This document shows positions 53,508-64,000 of a stretch of DNA of 64,000 nt, piece after piece. Position numbers and translations under genes: made by a program. Position 1 is the stretch's first letter; each line of letters begins with the position of its first letter. The stretch lies in NCBI RefSeq assembly GCF_009914755.1, contig NC_060935.1; one strand, given 5' to 3'. Below the pieces are notes generated by a model that ran no database searches, had not been told where the DNA came from, and worked only from the letters and a program-made list of their open reading frames with translations. Source of the stretch: the human T2T-CHM13v2.0 reference genome, Homo sapiens.

Positions 53508-54325
53508 GTGTGTATGTGTAGGAGTTTAGCACAGACATACAGGTTCCTGCCAGTGTGTGTGTGTGCGTGCACGGTGTATGGGTGTGTATATGGTATGTGA
53601 GTGTGATGTGTGTGCATGAGAGTACGTAGCAGTTTAGCGTAGACCTACAGGTTCCTGCCACTGTGTGTGTGTGACATGTATGTGAGTGTGGGGTGGCATA
53701 TGTGTGTGTGTGGTGTGTGGGTGTGTATATGTGTGTGGTGTGTGTGTGGTGTGTGAGTGTATGAGTGTCAGGGTGTGTGTGGTGTGTGTATGAGTGTGGT
53801 GTAGGGTGTGGGGGGGTATGTGGGTGTATATATGTGTGTGTGTCATGTCTGAGAGCATGGGATGTGTATTTGTGTAGCAGTTTAGAGTAGACCTACAGGT
53901 TCCTGTCATTCTATGTGTGCCTGTGGGGTCGGAGGTGTGGGGTGTGTGTGGGTGTATTTGTGTGGTGTGTGGGTATGTATATGTGTGTGTGTGGTGTGGT
54001 GTGGTGTGTGTGTGTGTAGCAGTTTAACACAGACCTACAGCTTCCTCTCAGTGTGTGTGTGGGGTGTGTGTGTGGTGTGTGGGTATGTACATGTGTGTGT
54101 GATGTATGTGTGTAGCAGCTTAGCAGAGACCTATAGGTTCCTGTCAGTGTGGGTGTAGTGTGTGTGCACCAAGTGGGTGTGTATATGTAAGTGTGTAGTG
54201 TGTGTGTGTAAGAGTGTGTGGTGTGTGTGTAGCAGTTTAGCACAGACTTTCCGGCTCCTGTCAGCGTGTGTGTGTAGCGTGTGTGTTGTATGATGTGTGT
54301 GCGTGTGTATAGCAGGTTCCTGTCC
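53508..54325. repeat. Compound minisatellite: six 35-nt conserved units plus one truncated unit, separated by GT-rich spacers
   Basis: Consensus GTAGCAGTTTAGCACAGACCTACAGGTTCCTGTCA at 53518, 53626, 53874, 54016, 54112, 54229; partial unit at 54309. Confidence 0.92.
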
Positions 54326-54919
54326 ATCCTCCTAATGTCCCTTTCAAAAGACAGAAGACTCTTCCCATTATCGCTTCAGCCTTTTCTCTGTGCTTCTAGG
54401 TAACACTGCTGGCTTTAGTCTTCTGGCTTTTGGAGGCTTAGTTCTCACTGAATGGTCTTTGATGTAATTTATTTCTAAGGTGAATGTATATGTAGATGCA
54501 TGAGGTAAAAGGTGTTTTTCCCCATTCCCAGATGAGTGATAAGATGTCTGAGCTGACTTCTTAAAACCTATTGCCACTCTACCTCCATCAGCTGCAAAAG
54601 AAAGTTCCTCTAGCATTAGTAAGTGACTAGAAAAAATGTCGTGCCGATAGTGTGATAGAACACAGCCAGAAAGAACAAGAGCGGTGCAGGCCGGCTTTCA
54701 CTTACACTCCATTCTTATCATCAATAGCCTCATCATTTTAAGCAGAAAATCATTTTCAAAAAGCTCAGACAACGAAATTGTTAAAATTTGAGTGGTTGGA
54801 TTGACCAATAAAGTACAGAATTCAGAAACAGTCTTACTCAGGTAGCCTATCTCTTGTTTTGAATAAAACAGCAAATTTGCTAAGGCTGTCATTATTTTCA
54901 GAGGATTCAAAGGTCTCCC

Positions 54920-55413
54920 CGATTGGGCCCCTGCTGATCTTTCAACCTTCTCCTGACACTTCTTACCTCCCTTCCAACCCACACAGCAGTCAAACCATAT
55001 CCCCCACTCCCCCATACTGACCCTCCACATCCCATGTTCTGGGCCTTTGCTCTGGAAGTTCCTAGCTCCTGGGATGCCCTTCCCATTCATCTCTACACTG
55101 CCAAAGCCTACCCATAGTTCAGATCTAGCTTAAATACCACCTCCCTTGTGAAGTCTTCATTGATCCCCATCACCAAGGGAGTAAGCAATAACCTCTCCCT
55201 CTCCTGAACATTCTCAATCTTTTTTTTTTTTACGACCCTTATCACCTGCTACATTAAATTACATGTGACACATATGCTGGCCCCCTTACTCCCACCTACC
55301 ACAGTGAGGTCTTTAAAGTATAGAGAAAATCCTTTTTTCACCTTTTATCTTTCACAGTGCGTAGGATTCCTGGCACATATTTGGTTCCCATGAATGAATG
55401 CATGAATGAATGA
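54920..55413 (+). mobile_element. L2 3' fragment
   Basis: gggcctttgctctggaagttcc...gttcagatctagcttaaat...cctggcacata...atgaatgaatg tail. Confidence 0.65.
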
Positions 55414-56585
55414 GGCAAATTCAACTGAGAGCAAATGCACATAAAATGCAGCAGGTGTGAAACTGAGTGGCAGGATATGCTAATACACCTTTGATTTAAA
55501 GCAACCATGCAAAGAACTACTTAATAATTTATACCAGACAAAAATATGACTTCATTTACTTTACTGGGCACAAACCTAGTGGAGAGAGAGTTGATAATAT
55601 ATGTAGAGTGGTTCAGAGTTGGTTACAAACGGTAGGTATGAGGGAATGTTTTCTTCCCACTGGCTGCATGCCTTCTATACAGGTTAGAAGAATTCAGCCT
55701 CCCAACTCCCAAGCCAGCTTTGAAAAAATCAATCAGCCTTCTCCCTTCTCTCTTCATTATCCTCAAAAAGTGATCTGTGCTCCAAAATAAAATTACCAAA
55801 ACTTGGTTACTGGGTTATCCATTTTCATATAAGTCCAGCAAGGTGGTGCTTGCTCAGAGCAGATGCAGTCTTCCTTACCAAAATAATCAAAATCAATCTA
55901 TGTTTCCTCCTTAGTTGCCAGGAAAACAGACACATTTCCCCTTGGTGGTTTGCTTTTAAAATGTGAAACATCATCATGGTTTGAAGGGCAACAAATTATA
56001 GCTCTGGCATTTAGAGTGATTACCATATTGGGAAGTCTGGCCAGTTTTGACGAGTTTAGAAAAATGCTGCAATTTTTCTAAGTGTTAGTGTTTGGCTTAA
56101 AAAAAAAAAAAAGGGAGAGACACTGAGAGAAGGAACCAGTATTTCTCCAGGATCTCCTACCTGCCAAAAACATTTATTTATTTAATCCTTATGATAGCCC
56201 CATGAATTAAATGTTATTTTCAGGAGAGAAAATGAAGATTTCTGAAAGTGAAAATGACATGCCCAGAGTGCCACAGTTAGTGAAAAAGCTTCAAGATGAA
56301 GGGCAAAGATTAGAGCCCTGTTCTCTCTGTTTCCATTTCCAGGATATCTTTTATTGCATCACATCACCTGATGCCAGAAAGGATAAAACCCAGGCAAGGT
56401 TCCAAATATGCTTGATTTTTTAAGAGCTAGGACTCTTGCTTTTTGTTGTTGAAGCAGACAAATCACTTTGATTCTATAACTTTGTTCACCCCTCATCTTT
56501 TACATTAGTTTTTGAGACAACCTGCTTCCATAAATGCTCATAAATGATCAGTGATGCTAAAGATACAACTTAAGAGATGGCATTT

Positions 56586-56970
<385 letters not shown>

Positions 56971-59900
56971 TTAGCATAGCACACATCAACTAGCCAGGAC
57001 AGTCATTTAGTTGACGTAAGCTACCAGCTGCTCTGATTTTTCTTCCAGAGAAAGAAAGCAATATTCAGTGAGCAGAGATAACAATCTAATTGAGGAAAAT
57101 TGTACACAGGCCCTTAGAGATCTAGAAGTTTGCCACCCAGATTGGTAAACCAGAAGGACCCTCCCACAGTCAGTGCACCATTTTAGTTTATTCCCCGACC
57201 ATTAGGACCATACCCAAGCCCTTGAGACCACAAAGGTAATCTATCAATTGAAATCCATAAACATTTATTAAATGCTACATTTGAATTGGTGGAGAGGGAG
57301 AGAGCTTTGTGGATACAGCTGAGAGGTATGAAGATGGATGAAGCCATGTGGAAAAGGTTGTAGACTTTTTCTTCTCTGTAGCCCCTAGAACTAATGGTGC
57401 ATATTGCTGAGATAGAGAATAAAGATCAATGAAAGAAAGAACCTTTAAACGAAGCAACAAGCTCCTTATCACTGTAATATGTGAGTTAATGTTCTCAGAG
57501 TTACCTTAACAAATTAAGAATATCGAAGAAGATTATTTTATTTTGTGAGAGGTCAGACTAGGTGACTTGTTATAATAATAATCATATAAGAGTAGTATAA
57601 TAACAATAGTAACTGCTACATTTTATTGAGTACTTAATAATTGCCAGATGAGGTGCTCTGTTTTATATATGCTATTTTAATATTCATAGCAGGTAGATAT
57701 TATTTTCCTTATGTTACAGAAAAGAAAACTATGTCACTTGGTCAGCATCAATGTGGAAGTCAGTGGTGGAATTAGGATTTGAACACAGCTGGCTGGCTCA
57801 AAAGGTCTCTTTTTTAGTGAAAGTCCTTTTCAACCCACCCTTGACATCTTATGATTATCAGGCCATGGGGCCTGCCTTCAGACTAACATTCAAAAGAGGA
57901 GACAAAAGTACCAATATGCGCCATGTAAGAGAGGAGACAAACCATAGTGCAAGGGGGAAATCATATGCAAGACAAAAACATCATCTCATTGAAGAGATTG
58001 GAAACACAGAAAACAACAGAAGAGATTTCTTTAATAATGAAAGATATGACTACAAGAGGCATAACAGCAAATGAATCAACTAACAAACTTGATATTCAAC
58101 AAGTATTTATTATATAGCCCAAAAAATGTTCCTTCAACACCTACTATGTCCACATTTCTGTCCTAGGCACTAAGGGATACAGAAAGCAAAGCCCAGTGGA
58201 AGGAAGTCACTATCTGGATGACTCATTTGGCCCTGAATCTTAATTTGCTTTTTTGACATTTTTGTTATATATAGTATTGGTACTTAATTTATACTTGAGA
58301 TTTTTTTCCACTAAATAAAGTAATAGTCATACATTATAGAAAATTTAGAAAATCCAAGAAGTAGAAGAAAGAAACAAAATACCCCAAATGCAGTACCTAA
58401 AAACACTATTAACATTTTTTCTTCTAGTCATTTTTATGTGTTTTTGAGTCATTGTGTTCTTACTCTAGGCTACTGCATTATTATCTTTCCATGTACATCA
58501 AGCTTATCCAACAAGACTGTGAGCTACTGGAAGGCAGAAATTAGGGAGCACACTTCTCTGGAGCCCCTGGAGCACAGAGACACAAACTTTGCACAATGCT
58601 CTCAGTACAGCAGGTGCTGGAATAATGAATAGATTGATCACTCATTCATTTATCAATTAATAAATGAGTGAACACAAAAAATGTAAAAACAAATTTCTTG
58701 CCCTTGAGGCACTTACAATCTGTTTTGAAAGTCAAGTCTATTTGTACAAAGCCTTCTAACCCAAGACAATGTGTGATTAAATGCTAAATAGTAGTTGTGA
58801 GATACTCTTTAGAAAGAAGTGGTATGTGGTGAGAAAAGATGGCCTGGGGCATGCCTCAAGAATCTGAGACTTTTTTTTTGCGGGAACTCTCCAATAAGCC
58901 CCCAACAGAAATGGGTTAGTCGATCTCAAGCCAGTTCCCATTCTTCTACCCGGTGCCAAGCGGTCTCCCCATTGACTGTCTCAGAGGACCCACTGTATTC
59001 TACACAAGCAAAAGAAACCAGAGCTCCTCTCGCTTCACAAGGGGAATTACCCAGCTAGGGTTTCCTCCCAGCTCTGGGACAAGGAGGGAATTCTAGGCTA
59101 TATAGCCATGCTGCAGATATCTTTCTCCAGTGGGTAAACTTACTAGAAAAGGGTTTTAAAACTTTTTATAGTTCTGTCTCTCTTTTAAGTTTAAGTCTGC
59201 TCAGGTGGAAGTGCTGAAACAGTACTCTCTACTGCCTAGTTATCTGATAATTGTGGTCTCAGGGCCCCCATTATACAACTTGTGTTGAAGCATATTGGAG
59301 CTGGGTAACTTGCCTTGGCTCTGCTGGGCAGCAAGAGAACAACACACGGGGGACCTGGGGGCTTCTCAGATGGCCTGTATTCAATTAATAGTGCACAGCT
59401 AATCAATAGGGGCATAGCAATCAGGTGGATGTAAGCAGGGATGGAGTTGAGGGATTTTTCAAGTAATCCTATTGGAGAATACCCTGAGCATAAAGAAATG
59501 TATAGTATCAAGCTGCATTTGGCATGCTCCAGCTAAGGCAGTGGCAGCCTGTCTGACGGGATGTCTGCTCCTTTAACAGCTCTTTTAATTTCAAATGAAA
59601 TGAAAATTCCCTTCTTAGTAATCATTAAGGCTCCAATTTTATTTCTCATTATTAAACCATGAAGTTGGCCAAAACATTTAAATTATGCAAAATGAAGAGA
59701 TTTATGAGCAAATTGGACACTAGGTGAAAATTCAAGCCTAATCGCTAAAGATTAAGAAAGACGCAATAACCACATTATTGGGGAAAAAAAAGCAAATCTC
59801 AGAGTAAACAGGAAGAAATGTTCTTTCTTATTTTTCCCAAAGAACCAGCTCTTTAAAATTGAGTTTTTAGATGATAATTTCATGCTTGGTAATACCCACG

Positions 59901-60690
59901 TGATTTGAGAAATGTTGGAATAAGGCTTAAATGGTATTTTAGTCTCTACGTAGAGCTAGGGAAGTATGTCAGATTGGTAGCCCTCAGCAGCTGATAGCCT
60001 CCTATGGAGAAAGAACACTGTGCTGAGAACAGCATGAATTATTTCAGATCCTTCTTGCCCTAAAGACAGAACCCTGCTAGGTGGCCAGTGTGCAGGTCAG
60101 AGATTAAACTGGTTTGATCTTCAGTTCCTCCATTGAGACTACCATGCCGGAAGGAAAGCTGTTTCCAGCTAGCTGAGTGTCCACGGGTAAGGGACATGGC
60201 TGAGACCCCATTCAAATTCCTTATCAGAGGCTGCCTTCTTCCAGGAGAAGAATGCTGTTGCAGGGGCAAATTTGAAATGGTAGCTGAGAGATGAAAAGTT
60301 CCATAGTCAGCCACCCAAGCCAGCAGCCATTGGAGTCATTTTAATTCAAGATCAAAGCATGTCAAGGAGATCCATAATCCCATCTATAGGTCCTAAGTCT
60401 CTTTCAGTTGTGAGGAGAGACAGTTGCCTTAAGGGCAGGTGAGGACATCAATTGTCCCTGGGAACGCTCAGTGAAAAATCCATTCACTTTGAATTGAATA
60501 CCATAGCTTGCCCTGAGGTGGATGTAAAGGTATGCACTGGCAGTTAGTTTTAATTACTGCAAGATTCTGCTGTCCTCAAATACAGCATTCCCCCATACAC
60601 CTGCTGTGATACCTGAAATTGCCATCAATAGAGTGATTTCTTTGTGTTAAGGAGGTATAATACTGAGTTCATCATTATAAGTCAGTCGTA

Positions 60691-61059
<369 letters not shown>

Positions 61060-62238
61060 TCACACAAGGCCTGGTGCCAGGAGACCCACAACCAAGGATC
61101 CTGGGGTCTGGGGGTGTGGAGGCACTAGCTACTGTGGAAACCTGGTCCCAAGACATAAGGGTGAAGTAGGGGGGCAGAGAAGCAAATGAATGTTGCTTTC
61201 GCGTCTATTGTGTTCCAGGCATAAACTAGCCACTTTTATATAAGTTATCATATTTAATCATCAAGATTAACTCTCTAAGGTAGTCTTGTTACCCTCATTT
61301 TAGAGCTGAAGAGTTGGAGGCTCAGGGAGTGTAAGGACTTTGTCCAAGTTCACAAACTTCTCCCAGCATGGATCTGAGCTCAAGTTTGCCAGAATTCAAA
61401 GATCCTGGTCTTTCTGGGACAACATGCTGGCTCCCTGGAAATAAAAGAAGCAGCAGCTCATTTCACAGCTGAGTCAGCCAAGATTCACCTTGCCACAGGG
61501 GCCTCTGTGGGAGATTCTAAGAACCCCCACAGTCTCACTTAATAAAATCTTCCAAGATTGCAACGGAGGTGGAATCTGTACATGAGAATGGGAGTCTGGA
61601 TATGATAACCAGATTTCCATCCCCTCGAGACTCATCTTCCCCTTGGAGTCTTGTCACAAATCACTGTTGCCATCTTTGTTTAGGGGGCCACTTTTGCTCT
61701 TGCACAAATGAAACTCAAGTTGACTTAAAAATTTTCCTTAATTCCCTACAGCACAGCTGCAACAAAGCTGAAATGGTAAAGTAAGGCTAAACGAAAAGGC
61801 CCAGAGATAACAAAGGAAAATAAAAGCAGATTAAAAGGTAGCTAATTAATTGGGCTCAAGAGTTGTGACTGCTCTCCAAGGCATGGTCCATCCTCAGGGG
61901 CCCCTGCACAGGTTCCTGCCTGCCTAGCTTCTAGCCTGCCTCTGCGGCAGAGACCAAAGTTCCCATCCCATCCCACCGCAAGCAACTCGGAACATCTTAA
62001 AGCATGTTTATGTTCCTGCAAGTTCAGGCCATTGTCTAAAGCCAGCCTTCAAATTTCTAAGTAAATGCTTTCCCCATACCAACAAACGCCAATCTGGAAT
62101 TATTTATTTTGGAGTAGCACCAAATTCATAACTTAATCCGAATAGGAAAAGGTTATGCAGCATAGGAAAAGAGAAAGAACTTTTTATGACTTGTCAAAAT
62201 ATGAATACCAGCAACTCATTTTTATTTTATTCTTAAAA

Positions 62239-62394
62239 TTTATTTTAGAGACAGTGTTTCTGTCTGTCACCCAGGCTGGAGTGTAGTGGTGCCATCATAG
62301 CTCACAGTAGCCTCGATCTCCTGGACTCAAGCCATCCTCCCACCTCAGTCTCCCAAAGCGCTAGGATTACAGACATGAGCCACCATGCCTGGCC
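62239..62394 (-). mobile_element. Alu monomer (FRAM-like), minus strand
   Basis: Single arm; tcatttttatttta on both flanks. Confidence 0.85.
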
Positions 62395-62408
62395 TCATTT
62401 TTATTTTA

Positions 62409-62606
<198 letters not shown>

Positions 62607-62759
62607 TCAAAGCACTGGCGGTGATTGATTTCTTTTATCATAGTCATCGGGACCTAATTGAATAAATTCTTCTCATGAACTATCCACTTCCTTTAGAACA
62701 AGGTTATGTTCTCACAAAGCTACCAAGTCAGCTTTTGTCCAGAACCTGAAGACCTTCAA

Positions 62760-63225
62760 ACGACAATGAAATAATACATCACATCCATCAGGTAAGCAAA
62801 ATAAATAAACAAAAATCTGATAGTACCAAAGCTGGTAAGGAGGTGGGATATAGGAAACTTTCATGTATCTACCTCTGGTAGGTGGTAAACTGGAGAACAA
62901 TTTGGTAATATCTAGTAAAGGTAAAGTGAGGAACATTCTACAACCCATCAATTCCATATCTTGGAATATACTCTAGAAAAATTCTCGCAAACGTTCACAA
63001 GTAGACATTGACAACAAATATTCACTGCAATAGTTGGTAACAGCAAAACAGACACAACCAAAACACCTGGAAGCAATTTAAAAAGTATATCAATAAAAAG
63101 ATGGATTTTGAAAACTATGACTTAATCAATACAATGCAGCAACTCACAGTAGTAAAAGTGAATGGACCAGCTCTACATATTTCCATATGGATAAGTCTTT
63201 ACAATACAAGATGGAGTGAAATTTC
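62760..63225 (+). mobile_element. Ancient L1 (L1M-type) 3' fragment
   Basis: ggagaacaatttggtaatatctagtaaag...acccatcaattccatatcttggaatatactctagaaaaatt. Confidence 0.65.
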
Positions 63226-63819
63226 CTGTAGCTCAGGTGAACTGAGCTGTCCCTCAAGTTCAATCATTGACCAGGAAAAACACTTTCTCAACCGTATTTT
63301 CAAAGCAGTGTTTTTAATCATATGGACATGGCCTCAGGTATTCTATGAGGCTGAACTATTGATTTTATGCCAGCAAAGAAACTTTTCCTACAGGGTCTCA
63401 TGATTTAGGTGCACCTGTAGTATGTGAAGGGAGTCACTTGTACTATCAACGATGGACTACAACAGGTACAAGCAGAAAACAACCCAAAAAGTATCTGCCA
63501 ATCACAAGTGTATAAAAGCAGCAGTAACCCAGTTAAAGGAATGCAGATAAGTAGTTTTAATGAGAATGTGTTAGTCAAAGGAAATCTGGAAGACAGTCTT
63601 CAAGAACTCAGATTGCACTGTTGCTACCAACACAGTAAAAGGCTTGAGAAGTGTTTTGTTTTTCTTTACTAAAGAAATCTAATCAAAGGATCAATAATCA
63701 GAGTTTTTACCCAAATGCTTTTTAGTCCTATGTGGCATTTGAAAGGAAGTCATCCAAACTAGAAAGTGCTTACAAGAAATCAGGGGGAAAAATCTTCCTA
63801 ATTAAAGTGTAGACGTATA

Positions 63820-64000
63820 CAGGTGGCTTGGCACAATGGAAAGTCAGAACTGAGTCAATTCTGCCTCTCCCACGTATGAGCTGGTAGTACTTTGGGCAAT
63901 TCATTTAATGGTTCTCATCCCCAGTTTTTTAAAAAATAAAATAGAACTTCTTACGGTTTTGCTGGGAGGATTACAGAGGTAACACATGTAAAGTACATAT
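63820..64000 (+). mobile_element. MIR
   Basis: tttgggcaattcatttaa...ggaggattacagaggtaacacatgtaaag. Confidence 0.55.

Noticed and set aside
53426-54327. His/Thr-rich and Val/Cys-rich ORFs, and a literal CRISPR call for the array
   Set aside because: The ORFs are translations of (CA)/(TG) repeats. There are no cas genes, the spacers are low complexity and the context is mammalian.

Overview
Human (or closely related primate) genomic DNA holding the 3' part of GRIK4 (kainate receptor subunit GluK4/KA1) on the + strand. Eight coding exons can be read directly with canonical AG/GT boundaries and consistent phases: 2036-2149, 14542-14651, 18467-18640, 22596-22761, 24143-24368, 28882-29010, 43793-43911 and 47592-47948. 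Together they are 1395 nt (464 aa plus stop) and cover the end of S1, M1, the M2 pore loop, M3 (SYTANLAAF), S2, M4 and the cytoplasmic tail. A GC-rich terminal exon and a roughly 2.6 kb 3'UTR with several poly(A) signals follow, then about 13 kb of intergenic DNA. The rest is intron/intergenic sequence rich in Alu, MIR, L2, MaLR/ERVL LTRs, hAT-type MER elements and microsatellites. Almost all ORFs in the supplied track are spurious. The most unusual items are: a CRISPR-like-looking array of six conserved 35-nt units separated by variable GT-rich spacers downstream of the gene; a 306-codon alternative frame of the last exon reachable by skipping the M4 exon; a seven-tract G-quadruplex just after the stop codon; a tail-to-tail inverted Alu pair with a ~20-nt spacer in the last intron; a perfect 18-bp hairpin; and a candidate poison exon. 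None is proven functional from sequence alone, and I cannot claim a new biological system with confidence. Repeat family and subfamily names are by eye.
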